The notes under the pieces are model-generated. The model was not told the origin of the DNA and ran no database searches. It worked only from the letters and a program-made list of their open reading frames with translations. 64,000 nucleotides of DNA from an uncultured Clostridia bacterium (GTDB taxonomy: Bacteria > Bacillota > Clostridia > TANB77 > CAG-508): positions 68,356 to 132,355 of the forward strand of contig CANQSV010000003.1 of assembly GCA_947626605.1 (NCBI GenBank), read 5' to 3'. Positions 27,686 through 39,326 of this stretch are shown in pieces. The translations under genes were made by a program, and so were the position numbers. Position 1 is the first letter of the stretch; every line of letters begins with the position of its first letter.

Positions 27686-28537
27686 TTAGTTTTTTTTTGC
27701 TGCTTTTACTACATTTGACATTAGCATCGCAACTGTCATCGGTCCAACTCCCCCTGGAACCGGTGTTATATATGATGCTTTTTTCTCAACATTTTCAAAA
27801 TCTATATCTCCAACAATTTTTCCATTGTCTAGCCTATTTATTCCTACATCTATTATTACACTACCTTCTTTTACCATATCGCTTTTAACGAAATTAGGTT
27901 TTCCTAAAGCAGCTATAACTATATCTGCTTTTTGTGTTATTTTTTCTATATCTTTTGTTTTTGAGTGGCATACTGTTACTGTTGCATTTTTGTTTAATAA
28001 ACATTGCACTAATGGTTTTCCAACGATATTACTTCTGCCTATTATAACTGTATTTGCTCCTTCTGTAGGTATATTATATTCTTCAAGCATTTTTACTACT
28101 CCATTTGGTGTACATGACACAAAACCATCTTGATTTAAGCACAATTTTCCAACATTTACTGGATTGAATCCATCAACATCTTTATCTGGTGAAATTTCTC
28201 TAAAAGCCTCATCTATATCCAAATGTTTTGGTAATGGACTTTGAAGTAATATTCCATGTATTTTATCATCGTTGTTTAATTTATGAATTAAATTTAATAA
28301 TTCTTCCATTGTTGTTTCTTCTTTTAATAGATATTCTTCATATTCAATTCCAAGTTCTTCACATGCTTTACTCTTATTTTTTACATATATTTTTGAAGCT
28401 TTGTCTTCTCCTACCATAATAACAGCAAGTTTTGGCTGTATGCCGTTCTTTTTTAGCTCTTCTACTTCACTTTTTAAGTTGCCTCGTATCGTTTTTGCAA
28501 GTGCTTTTCCATCTATTATTTTTGCCATGCTTTTCAC
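27686..28537 (-). CDS. folD: Bifunctional methylenetetrahydrofolate dehydrogenase / methenyl-THF cyclohydrolase
   Basis: 283 aa with typical FolD motifs (ASKIYVKNKSKACEELGI, HGILLQSPLP, DVDGFNPVNVGKL, GRSNIVGKP, PVPGGVGPMT). Confidence 0.93.
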   Translation of the reverse strand: MKSMAKIIDGKALAKTIRGNLKSEVEELKKNGIQPKLAVIMVGEDKASKIYVKNKSKACEELGIEYEEYLLKEETTMEELLNLIHKLNNDDKIHGILLQSPLPKHLDIDEAFREISPDKDVDGFNPVNVGKLCLNQDGFVSCTPNGVVKMLEEYNIPTEGANTVIIGRSNIVGKPLVQCLLNKNATVTVCHSKTKDIEKITQKADIVIAALGKPNFVKSDMVKEGSVIIDVGINRLDNGKIVGDIDFENVEKKASYITPVPGGVGPMTVAMLMSNVVKAAKKN

Positions 28538-28743
28538 CTCTGAAAATTGTACTATTATATTTCTCTTCTTTAGTTTTTATCATTCTATACTAACCTTATT
28601 AATTTTGCAATACTATTTTGTATTTATATTTTAATTAACATATTTTACATTTATATTTCTTTTTTCGAAAAAATCTTTCATTTTTTTTTGTTTTATGATA
28701 GAATCTGTTAAAATATTAAATATAGATTTATGGAGGTTTCATT

Positions 28744-29028
28744 ATGGAATTTAAAAAATGTAATCGTTGTGGTTGTTTCTTTACTTCTGATGGAGATACT
28801 TGTGTTAATTGTTCTCCAAAGGATAAATTAGAAATTAATAAATTAAAAAATTTTTTAGACGGAGCTACTCCTAATGATGAAACAAATATTGATTCAATTT
28901 CATACAATACTGGAATTACAATAAAAAACTTAAATAGGTTTTTAGAATCTGATGAATTTTCTGGAATTGTAAAAGAACTTGGAATTTTGAATACTGAAAA
29001 AGGTGTTTCAGGAAATATAGAATGTTAA
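28744..29028 (+). CDS. Small zinc-ribbon protein (YvyF/TIGR03826-like architecture, tentative)
   Basis: 94 aa with RBS GGAGG. N-terminal CxxC...CxxC (CNRCGCFF...CVNC) followed by a helical region. Confidence 0.6.
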   Translation: MEFKKCNRCGCFFTSDGDTCVNCSPKDKLEINKLKNFLDGATPNDETNIDSISYNTGITIKNLNRFLESDEFSGIVKELGILNTEKGVSGNIEC

Positions 29029-29048
29029 ATAATAAAAAGAAAATAGTA

Positions 29049-29084
29049 AAGCTTCTCTATAAATTAGAGAAGCTTAAAATTTTG
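29049..29084. terminator. Bidirectional terminator between convergent genes
   Basis: Hairpin AAGCTTCTCT-ataaatt-AGAGAAGCTT followed by AAAATTTT. It overlaps the stop codon of the radical SAM gene. Confidence 0.6.
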
Positions 29085-29979
29085 GAACATAAACCTCTTC
29101 ATTATCACTTGAGTTATACTCTTGTATGTATCCATTTTCTATTTCTAATATTTCTAAAAAATTTTCTATTTCTTTATATTCTTTTCTTGTTATTTTTCTA
29201 TTAATCAATAAATCTTCTTTTGCTAAATATGTTGGGAAATATTGTGACATTATACTAACATATATATCATCCGGCATATTGTTTTTTATCCATTTTAATA
29301 CATTTTTCGTATTTAACATGTGATTTGGTAATATTAAATGTCTTATTATTACACCTTTCTTTATCATTCCATTATTATCTAATTCTACATTTCCAACTTG
29401 ATTGTACATTTCTTTTATTGCCTCAGTTGCTATTTCAAAATAATTATTTATATTAGAATATTTCTTAGCAACATTATTATTAGAATATTTTAAATCCGGC
29501 AAATATACATCTATATATCCTTTTAAAGATTTTATAGTCTCTACATTTTCATATCCATTAGAATTATATATTATTGGAATATTCAAACCTTTTTGTTTTG
29601 CTATTTCTATTGCTATTTTTATTTGTTCTGCATATATTGTTGGTGTAACTAAATTTATATTATGTACCTTATTTTCTTGCTGTTCTATAAAAATTTCTGC
29701 AAGTCTTTCTATTGAAATCTCTTTACCTTTTCCCTTCTGGCTTATCTCATAATTTTGACAAAATTTACAATTCATATTACAATTAGAAAAAAATACTGTA
29801 CCTGAGCCATGTTCTCCACTTATACATGGCTCTTCATACATATGTGAACTGACTAATGCAATTTTAATATTGGCATTGCTTTTACATCTTCCAAACTGAT
29901 TGTTATTTCTGTTAACTTTACATTTATGTGGACAAATAGTACAATAATCCAATTTTTTTATTTCTCTAAAGCTATTCAT
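29074..29979 (-). CDS. Radical SAM protein, PflX/PflA-like activase family
   Basis: 301 aa. An N-terminal Cys cluster (CTICPHKC...C) plus the canonical CNMNCKFCQN radical SAM CxxxCxxC motif. Confidence 0.8.
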   Translation of the reverse strand: MNSFREIKKLDYCTICPHKCKVNRNNNQFGRCKSNANIKIALVSSHMYEEPCISGEHGSGTVFFSNCNMNCKFCQNYEISQKGKGKEISIERLAEIFIEQQENKVHNINLVTPTIYAEQIKIAIEIAKQKGLNIPIIYNSNGYENVETIKSLKGYIDVYLPDLKYSNNNVAKKYSNINNYFEIATEAIKEMYNQVGNVELDNNGMIKKGVIIRHLILPNHMLNTKNVLKWIKNNMPDDIYVSIMSQYFPTYLAKEDLLINRKITRKEYKEIENFLEILEIENGYIQEYNSSDNEEVYVPKF

Positions 29980-29980
29980 A

Positions 29981-30754
29981 TTACTTTCTGTCTTTCTTCT
30001 TAGATTTAATTTTTTCTTTAAATTCTGCTTTAATTTCTTTCATTTTTTCTTCATCTTTTTTAATTATTTTTTTCATAGCTAAAATAACTAGGAATACGGC
30101 TGTTATAATTGCTAAATATTGAATTTCAATTTTTACAAAATATATAGTTCCATATGCTAATATAAGTGTTAACATTTGTATAAGTTCCATTGACACTATT
30201 GCAGAAATTAATGCTATTATATACATTATTCCAACTTCTTTTATATTCGTTGGGTTCTTTATAGAAAACATAAATAAAACAATTCCAAGAAACATACCAT
30301 ATATTATAGACACACATAATGTTTCTATTTGCAATTCTCCTCTTGACATTGTCATTGAATAGAATACTACTCCCATTGGATAATCTTTTGAAAGCTCAGT
30401 TATATTTTTATATTCTTTTTCTTCTTCATTTTTTGTTTCAGTATTTTTTTCTTCATCTTTTTTGTTATTATCTTCTTTATCTTCTTTTTTCTTTGTATCT
30501 TCTTTTTTATTTTCTGATGTTTCTTCTTGATTAGTATTAGATTTTTCTTCAGATGTCGTTTGATCCTGTTCTAATGATTTTTTAAAATCTGATTCAATCT
30601 TTTTTGAATACTCTACAACATCTTTTTCTGAACCATGTTTTATAAAATCAACTGTCGTTCTGACGTTTCCCCAATTATTTAAATTGCTTATAGCAAAATA
30701 TACAACACATATTGATAATACAATATATAATAATAATCTACCAACTTTTTTCAT
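29981..30754 (-). CDS. Hypothetical membrane protein with Lys/Glu/Asp-rich low-complexity linker
   Basis: 257 aa. N-terminal TM, a ~70 aa KEDN-rich region, and 4 C-terminal TM segments. No recognised family. Confidence 0.6.
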   Translation of the reverse strand: MKKVGRLLLYIVLSICVVYFAISNLNNWGNVRTTVDFIKHGSEKDVVEYSKKIESDFKKSLEQDQTTSEEKSNTNQEETSENKKEDTKKKEDKEDNNKKDEEKNTETKNEEEKEYKNITELSKDYPMGVVFYSMTMSRGELQIETLCVSIIYGMFLGIVLFMFSIKNPTNIKEVGIMYIIALISAIVSMELIQMLTLILAYGTIYFVKIEIQYLAIITAVFLVILAMKKIIKKDEEKMKEIKAEFKEKIKSKKKDRK

Positions 30755-30756
30755 TT

Positions 30757-31002
30757 TTATTCCTCCATAACTCTTACTTTATATTCTATTTCTTCCATAA
30801 ATGGATATATTTCATGTAATCTTTTTCTTGTTATCATTGATATTTTGGGTTGTGGGTTTTTATCATTTTTAGATATTAGCTTTTGTGTATAACAATTATC
30901 TGATGTTTTGAAAACCAAATATCTATTTCTAACATAAGTAAAATATACTTGAAATCCGTTTTCTAATTCTTTTTCAAATTGTTCAAAAGTTTTATCTTGC
31001 AT
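30757..31002 (-). CDS. Hypothetical small protein
   Basis: 81 aa ORF tightly packed between ligA and the membrane protein gene. No recognised motif. Confidence 0.5.
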   Translation of the reverse strand: MQDKTFEQFEKELENGFQVYFTYVRNRYLVFKTSDNCYTQKLISKNDKNPQPKISMITRKRLHEIYPFMEEIEYKVRVMEE

Positions 31003-31021
31003 GCTTAACTCCTTATTATTT

Positions 31022-33049
<2,028 letters not shown>

Positions 33050-33652
33050 CTAACTTTTAAATAAGTCTTTTCCTTTACTCAAATAATCCCAACCTGAAAA
33101 AACTGTTGCAATTACTGAAATTGTTAATAAAACCGTAGTTATTATATTTATTATTAATTCTATTCCTGTTAAATTAGTATTTACAAAATTAGCAAATATA
33201 TTTGTTCCATTTATATTAATTAAAGCAAATATTATAGCTAACATTTGTGTAACGGTTTTTAACTTTCCCCATATTGATGCTGCTACTACTTTTCCGCCTT
33301 TTTCTACTGCAACTAGTCTATAACCTGATACTATAAACTCTCTCGCCAATACTATTATTGGAATCCAAGCTGGAATCATACCTTTCTCAACAAGAATAAG
33401 CATAGTACTTAGTACTAATATTTTATCTGCTAAAGGATCTAAAAATTTTCCAAATGTTGTTATTTGATTTCTACTTCTTGCAATATAACCATCTAATTTA
33501 TCTGTTATGGAAGCAATTATAAAAATTAAATTCATTATCCAAAAAGTTATTCCAATTCCAAGCCATGTACCTTGTATATTTATTAATGAAACTACAACTA
33601 TTATTGGTACTAGTATCATTCTAAATATTGTTAATTTATTCGCTAAATTCAT
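33050..33652 (-). CDS. pgsA: CDP-diacylglycerol--glycerol-3-phosphate 3-phosphatidyltransferase
   Basis: CDP-alcohol phosphotransferase motif DKLDGYIARSRNQITTFGKFLDPLADK. Start at ATG 33652 with RBS AAGGAGG; the longer track ORF is an upstream extension. Confidence 0.9.
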   Translation of the reverse strand: MNLANKLTIFRMILVPIIVVVSLINIQGTWLGIGITFWIMNLIFIIASITDKLDGYIARSRNQITTFGKFLDPLADKILVLSTMLILVEKGMIPAWIPIIVLAREFIVSGYRLVAVEKGGKVVAASIWGKLKTVTQMLAIIFALININGTNIFANFVNTNLTGIELIINIITTVLLTISVIATVFSGWDYLSKGKDLFKS

Positions 33653-33798
33653 TTTTCCTCCTTTGCATAAATATATTTGTATCATTATATACAAAAACGA
33701 AAAAAAAATAAATAGCAAAAATGCTATTTATTTAGAAAATTGTTACATCAACTTTTTAATTTCTCTATTTATAACTTTTGTTAATAATTGTTTCCATT

Positions 33799-34242
33799 TT
33801 AATACTCTTTACTGTGAGCCTGACTGCATCCTTCACATACTTTTATGTTTTTGATTTCTAGATCTGATGTATCTTTTCCTTGTTTTTTATAGTAATCTAT
33901 TATTGCTGTTTTCACAGCTTCTTCTGCCAATATTGAACAATGCATTTTTACTGGTGGAAGTCCATCTAAAGCTTCTGCCACTGCTTCGTTTGTTAACTTT
34001 AAAGCTTCTTCAATTTTTTTACCTTTGATTAATTCTGTTGCCATACTACTTGTTGCAATTGCAGCTCCACATCCAAAAGTTTTAAATTTAACATCCACAA
34101 TTACATCATTTTCGATTTTTAAATATATTTTCATTATATCTCCACAAACTGGACTTCCCACTTGTCCTATGCCGTCTGCATTTTCTATTTCACCCACATT
34201 TCTTGGATTTTGAAAATGATCTATAACTTTTTCTGAATACAT
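33799..34242 (-). CDS. nifU: Fe-S cluster assembly scaffold protein (NifU/IscU N-terminal type)
   Basis: MYSEKVIDHFQNPRNVGE..., GSPVCGD, FKTFGCGAAIA and KMHCS motifs. Start at ATG 34242, 13 nt after the nifS stop. Confidence 0.9.
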   Translation of the reverse strand: MYSEKVIDHFQNPRNVGEIENADGIGQVGSPVCGDIMKIYLKIENDVIVDVKFKTFGCGAAIATSSMATELIKGKKIEEALKLTNEAVAEALDGLPPVKMHCSILAEEAVKTAIIDYYKKQGKDTSDLEIKNIKVCEGCSQAHSKEY

Positions 34243-34255
34243 GCCTTTTCTCCTT

Positions 34256-35437
34256 TTATCCATTATTTTTAACAAAATCTTCATATAAAGGTGACATATT
34301 ACGCAATTTCTCTACTATACCTACTAATGTATTTACTAAAAATTCTACATCTTCTTCTGTATTCTCTTCTCCAAAAGTAATTCTTAATGATCCATGAGCC
34401 ATATCATGAGGAAGTCCTATTGCTAAAAGTACATGTGAAGGATCTAAAGAACCTGAAGTACATGCAGACCCACTTGATGCACAAATTCCATTCATATCTA
34501 GATTTAACAATAATGATTCTCCTTCTACAAATCTAAATGATATGTTTGCATTTCCTGGTAATCTTTTTTCTCTATCTCCATTTAATTTTACATATGGAAT
34601 TTTCTTTTCAATTTGTTCTATATATAAATCTCTTAATTTTGTGAGTTTAGCATTATATTCGTCTATATTTTCATATGCTAGTTCTATTGCTTTTCCTAGT
34701 CCAACTATTCCAGGCACATTCTCTGTACCTGCTCTTTTATCTCTTTCTTGATGTCCTCCATCCTGTATTTTGTTGAATTTAACATTTTTTCTCACATATA
34801 AAGCTCCAACACCTTTTGGTCCATAGAATTTATGGGCAGATAATGATAATAAATCTATTCCTAGTTCATTAACATTTATTTTTATATTTCCTACTGCTTG
34901 AACTGCGTCTGTATGAAAATATATTCCATTTTCTTTTGCAATGGCTCCTATTTCTTTTATTGGCTGAATCGTTCCTATTTCATTATTTGCAAACATTATA
35001 CTTATTAGAATAGTTTTATCTGTAATTGAGTTTTTAATGTCTTCTAAACTAATGAATCCATTTTTATCAACATTTAAATACGTAACTTTGTATCCTTCTT
35101 TTTCTAAGGTCTTACATGTATTTAAAACTGCTGGATGTTCAATTTTGGTTGTTATTATGTGATTACCTTTATCTCTATTTGCATATGCAACACCTTTAAT
35201 TGCTAAATTATCGCTTTCACTACCACATCCAGTAAAATATATTTCTTTGCTATCTGCTCCTAAAGCTCTTGCTACTTTTTCTCTTGCATCTTCTATTGCT
35301 TTCTTATTTTTTCTTCCTAAACTATATATTGATGATGCATTTCCATAGCTTTCTGTAAAATATGGAATCATCTCTTTTACAACTTCTTCTTTTACAGCAG
35401 TTGTTGCAGCATGATCAAAATATCTTATCTTTGCCAA
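34256..35437 (-). CDS. nifS: Cysteine desulfurase (NifS type)
   Basis: 393 aa with the PLP-lysine region [13 protein letters not shown] and active-site SSGSACTSG. Confidence 0.92.
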   Translation of the reverse strand: MAKIRYFDHAATTAVKEEVVKEMIPYFTESYGNASSIYSLGRKNKKAIEDAREKVARALGADSKEIYFTGCGSESDNLAIKGVAYANRDKGNHIITTKIEHPAVLNTCKTLEKEGYKVTYLNVDKNGFISLEDIKNSITDKTILISIMFANNEIGTIQPIKEIGAIAKENGIYFHTDAVQAVGNIKINVNELGIDLLSLSAHKFYGPKGVGALYVRKNVKFNKIQDGGHQERDKRAGTENVPGIVGLGKAIELAYENIDEYNAKLTKLRDLYIEQIEKKIPYVKLNGDREKRLPGNANISFRFVEGESLLLNLDMNGICASSGSACTSGSLDPSHVLLAIGLPHDMAHGSLRITFGEENTEEDVEFLVNTLVGIVEKLRNMSPLYEDFVKNNG

Positions 35438-35523
35438 TTTATATTATCTCCTTTCTAATTTTCTTTGTATTACTACTATTATATGTCATAAATATAAATT
35501 TAGCCCCTGAAAATTTCTACTAT

Positions 35524-35550
35524 ATAAAACGGGCGAGCATTGCTCGCCCT
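35524..35550 (-). terminator. Rho-independent terminator of ileS
   Basis: GC-rich hairpin GGGCGAG-caatg-CTCGCCC, followed by GTTTTAT on the minus strand. Confidence 0.75.
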
Positions 35551-35596
35551 TGCACAAATTAATTAAAAATATTATTACACAAAAAATATTTATCTA

Positions 35597-38374
35597 CTAT
35601 TTTAAAGCCTCACTACATCTCTTACATATTGTTGGATTTTCCTTATCTTCTCCTACAGTTTCAGAGTACATCCAACATCTTTCACATTTCTCTCCTGGTG
35701 CTTGCTCAACTTTTACTCCTATCTCTACTTCTTCATCATCATTTCTTCTGTTTCCACTTACTTCAACAGCAGATACAATAAATATTTGTTTTAATAAATC
35801 TTCTTTATCTTTTAAGAATTCATAATCTGGCTCTTCCACATATATTGTTACTTTTGCATTTAATGAATGTCCTATTATTTTTTTATTTCTTGCAATTTCT
35901 AATTCTTTAGCAACCTCATTCTTTATTTTAATTAATTTTTCCCATTTTATTTCTAGTTCACGATTATCATACTCAGGATTTTCTTTTGGATAGTATGCAA
36001 GCATAACACTATCTAGTTTTTCTCCGTCTGGATGTGGCATATATTGCCAAATTTCATCTGCAGTATATGATATCATTGGTGCTAAAATTCTAACTAGCGC
36101 TTGTAATATATTATACATAGTTGTTTGTGCAGCACGTCTTTTTAAATCATTAGGTTTTGATGTATATAATCTATCTTTTATAATATCTAAATAGAAATTG
36201 CTCATTTCTACAACGCAGAAATTATTTATTGCTTTATATGCCTTATTAAATTCATATCCATCAAATGCTTTTGTACATTCTTTAACTAATTTATTTAATT
36301 TTAATAAAGCCCATTTATCAATTTCTTCTAAATCTTTGTATTCTACTAAATTATTTACATCTAAGTCATATATATTTCCTAATATATATCTTGCAGTATT
36401 TCTTATTTTTCTATATACTTCCATAACTTGTTTCAATATTCCTTTTGAAATATGAACATCTGAAGTATAATCAGCAGATAATGCCCATAATCTAACTATA
36501 TCTGCTCCTGATTCATTAATAACTTCTAGTGGATCTATACCATTACCAAGAGATTTAGACATTTTTCTTCCTTGCTCATCTACTGTATACCCATGAGTTA
36601 CAACTTCTTTATATGGTGATATACCTTTTGTTGCAACAGAAGTTAACATTGATGATTGGAACCAACCTCTGTATTGGTCACTTCCTTCTAGGTAAAGGTT
36701 TGCTGGTGGTAATCCTCTTTCAACTAGTACAGATTCATGTGTTGAACCTGAATCAAACCATACATCCATTATATCTGTTTCTTTTTTAAATTTAGTACAA
36801 CCACAACTACATTTTGCACCATCTGGTAATAATTCTTCAGCTGGTAAATCAAACCATGCATTGCTTCCTTTTTCTTTAACTATTTTTTGAACCTTTTCAA
36901 AACTTTCTGGTGTAGCATATTCTTTTTCACAGTCTTCGCAATAGAATATTGGAATTGGAACTCCCCAAGTACGTTGTCTTGAAATACACCAGTCATTTCT
37001 CTCTTCTACCATTTTAGTGATTCTTTCTTCTCCCCAACTTGGATACCATTTAACTTGTTTAATTGCTTCTAAAGTTGGTTGTCTAAAATTATCTACTGAT
37101 GCAAACCATTGATTTGTTGCTCTAAATATTATTGGTTTTTTACATCTCCAGCAATGTGGATAAGAGTGAACAATTTCTTCTTTTTGAAGTAATAGTCCGT
37201 TTTCTTCTAGCCATTCTACTATTGCTTTATTAGATTTGGCATAATACATTCCTGAAAATGGTCCAGCACCTTCTGTTTGCATTCCTTTACTATTAACAGT
37301 TACTACTATTTCTAAATCATTCTTTAATCCACACAAATAGTCTTCTTTACCATATCCAGGTGCAGTATGAACAGCTCCAGTACCTGTATCTAATTCAACA
37401 GGAAGTGTGTCATCACTACCTAAAACTACTCTTGATGTTCTATCTAAGAAAGGATGTTTACACAAAACTCCTTCTAATTCTTTTCCTTCAAATTCTTGTA
37501 ATTTTTTATAATCTGTAATTTCTGCTTGATTCATTACTTTTTCAACTAATTCAGAAGCTAATATTAATTTTCCTTTATTTGTTTCAACTATAGAATATTT
37601 ATATTCAGGTCCTATTGTTATTCCCATATTTCCTGGTAAAGTCCATGGTGTTGTAGTCCAAATTACGAAATAAGTATTTTCTACATCAAACAACCCTTTA
37701 CTATCTGATACTGGGAACTTAACAAAAGCTGATAAAGATTTATGATCTGCATATTCTATTTCGGCTTCTGCTAATGCTGTTTCACAATCTGTACACCAAT
37801 AAACAGGCTTTAATCCTTTATATATATACCCCTTATTATACATATCAGCAAAAACTCCTATTTGCTTTGCTTCCATTTCTGATTGATATGTTATATATGG
37901 ATTTTTCCAATCTCCTAAAACTCCTAAACGTTTAAATCCATCTATTTGCAATTGCATATATTTTTTATTGAATTCCTTACATGTGTCTCTAAATTGTGAT
38001 ACTGACATTTCTTCTCTGTTTAAGCCTAATTTTTCAATAGCTTTTTTCTCTGTTGGCATACCATGTGTATCAAAACCTGGTATAAAAGGAGTATCAAAAC
38101 CTTGTAAGTTTTTGTAACGAACTACTGCATCTTTTAAAACTTTGTTTAATGCATGTCCTATATGAATCTCACCATTTGCATATGGAGGTCCATCATGAAG
38201 CACAAATGGCTCTTTTCCCTTATTTTTTTCTAACATTTTTTCATATAAATCTTTTTCAAAAACATTTTCTAAAATTTGGGGTTCGTTTTCTGGTAAATTT
38301 CCTCTCATAGGGAAATCTGTTTGTGGTAAATTTAGTGTTTTGCCATAATCTTTTTTCTCACAGTTATCACACAT
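35597..38374 (-). CDS. ileS: Isoleucine--tRNA ligase
   Basis: 925 aa with PPYANGEIHIGH (HIGH) and KMSKSLGN (KMSKS) motifs, a CP1 editing domain and a C-terminal zinc-binding CxxC pairs region. Confidence 0.95.
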   Translation of the reverse strand: MCDNCEKKDYGKTLNLPQTDFPMRGNLPENEPQILENVFEKDLYEKMLEKNKGKEPFVLHDGPPYANGEIHIGHALNKVLKDAVVRYKNLQGFDTPFIPGFDTHGMPTEKKAIEKLGLNREEMSVSQFRDTCKEFNKKYMQLQIDGFKRLGVLGDWKNPYITYQSEMEAKQIGVFADMYNKGYIYKGLKPVYWCTDCETALAEAEIEYADHKSLSAFVKFPVSDSKGLFDVENTYFVIWTTTPWTLPGNMGITIGPEYKYSIVETNKGKLILASELVEKVMNQAEITDYKKLQEFEGKELEGVLCKHPFLDRTSRVVLGSDDTLPVELDTGTGAVHTAPGYGKEDYLCGLKNDLEIVVTVNSKGMQTEGAGPFSGMYYAKSNKAIVEWLEENGLLLQKEEIVHSYPHCWRCKKPIIFRATNQWFASVDNFRQPTLEAIKQVKWYPSWGEERITKMVEERNDWCISRQRTWGVPIPIFYCEDCEKEYATPESFEKVQKIVKEKGSNAWFDLPAEELLPDGAKCSCGCTKFKKETDIMDVWFDSGSTHESVLVERGLPPANLYLEGSDQYRGWFQSSMLTSVATKGISPYKEVVTHGYTVDEQGRKMSKSLGNGIDPLEVINESGADIVRLWALSADYTSDVHISKGILKQVMEVYRKIRNTARYILGNIYDLDVNNLVEYKDLEEIDKWALLKLNKLVKECTKAFDGYEFNKAYKAINNFCVVEMSNFYLDIIKDRLYTSKPNDLKRRAAQTTMYNILQALVRILAPMISYTADEIWQYMPHPDGEKLDSVMLAYYPKENPEYDNRELEIKWEKLIKIKNEVAKELEIARNKKIIGHSLNAKVTIYVEEPDYEFLKDKEDLLKQIFIVSAVEVSGNRRNDDEEVEIGVKVEQAPGEKCERCWMYSETVGEDKENPTICKRCSEALK

Positions 38375-38395
38375 TTTTCATCTCTCCTTTTTTAT

Positions 38396-38657
38396 ATAAA
38401 ACAAAAAATCCATTTCAGTCATTTAGGACGAAATGGATTTATATTTCCGCGGTACCACCTAATTTAAAAATAATTTTCTTGTAAATTATTTTTCACTCGA
38501 ACTCTTTAACGCAGATATACGTCTTAAATTACTGCACTTTTCATTTAAGCAACCATAAGGTGATAATATACATACTATTCTTACTGGTTCTCAGCAAAAT
38601 CCAGTTCTCTGTAAAGTATTCATATATATATTGTATCCTTATCTTTGTTTTTCGTTT
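38396..38657 (-). promoter_or_regulatory. T-box riboswitch leader of ileS (candidate specifier AUC, Ile)
   Basis: The minus strand shows the conserved T-box AATTAGGTGGTACCGCGG (38448-38465). It overlaps a terminator AAATCCATTTCGTCC..GACTGAAATGGATTTTTT (38403-38440). The Stem I region has AGAGA and GCTGAGA motifs. A candidate specifier ATC-A lies at 38562-38564. Confidence 0.85.
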
Positions 38658-38663
38658 TTTTAA

Positions 38664-38692
38664 ATTTTAACACTTAATTTTATACTTTTCAA
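38664..38692 (-). promoter_or_regulatory. Sigma-A type promoter of the ileS T-box leader
   Basis: TTGAAA (38687-38692), 17-bp spacer, TAAAAT (38664-38669). Confidence 0.6.
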
Positions 38693-38730
38693 GTATAAAA
38701 TAGAATTTTTTATTATTAAAATATTTATAG

Positions 38731-39036
38731 TTACCCAATTTCCTCAATTTTTTCTTCATATTCAAAACTATTAATATAAACTGTCTCTGGAGAAATGTCA
38801 ATTTTCCCATTATTCCATACTATAATTCCATTTTGCAATCTAGCACTTTTAAATACTTCATAATCTTCTAATTGCTTATAAATCGGATATTGAAGTAATT
38901 TAGATGCATCAAAGATTCGTTTTTCTCCATTTGAAAACGTAACTAACATACACAATTTATCAAGAATCTTCATATTTTCGATTTTTAATGACTCTCCATT
39001 ATTACTAGCATAAGCTATATCCCCTAAAACGTACAT
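38731..39036 (-). CDS. DUF2442 domain protein
   Basis: 101 aa. ...LCMLVTFSNGEKRIFDASKLL...GIIVWNNGKIDISPETVY matches the DUF2442 pattern. Confidence 0.8.
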   Translation of the reverse strand: MYVLGDIAYASNNGESLKIENMKILDKLCMLVTFSNGEKRIFDASKLLQYPIYKQLEDYEVFKSARLQNGIIVWNNGKIDISPETVYINSFEYEEKIEEIG

Positions 39037-39050
39037 TTAAATTCTCTCCT

Positions 39051-39317
39051 TTATTCTAAAGGTTTTATATTATCAAAAGGAATTCCTTGTACAGCATTAT
39101 TCCATGCATTATATAATTCCTCCTCATGCAAAATCATCCAGGCTTGCAATAACTTTAATTTTTTTACAGGAATTGAACCACTTAATAATTCTCCATCAAT
39201 TCCAACTGATGCCTCATATTCACCATAATATACATGAACATGTGGTTTATGGTGTTTTTCATTGTCTAAAAAAATAAGTTTAATAATCATACCTTGAAAT
39301 CTACTTAATTCTGGCAT
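39051..39317 (-). CDS. DUF4160 domain protein
   Basis: 88 aa. MPELSRFQGMIIKLIFLDNEKHHKPHVHVYYGEYEASVGI...LLQAWMILHEEEL matches the DUF4160 pattern. Confidence 0.82.
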   Translation of the reverse strand: MPELSRFQGMIIKLIFLDNEKHHKPHVHVYYGEYEASVGIDGELLSGSIPVKKLKLLQAWMILHEEELYNAWNNAVQGIPFDNIKPLE

Positions 39318-39326
39318 TGTTCCTCC

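Noticed and set aside
28538-28743. A THF riboswitch upstream of folD, and the palindrome TTTTTTCGAAAAAA (about 28664-28680).
   Set aside because: No conserved THF aptamer blocks or GC-containing stems are present. The region is almost pure AT and looks like divergent promoters. The palindrome is low-complexity.
30126-30317. A 63-aa minus-strand ORF and a 71-aa plus-strand ORF (30319-30534) inside the 29981-30754 gene.
   Set aside because: They are alternative frames of a low-complexity K/E/D/N-rich coding segment, with no independent signals.
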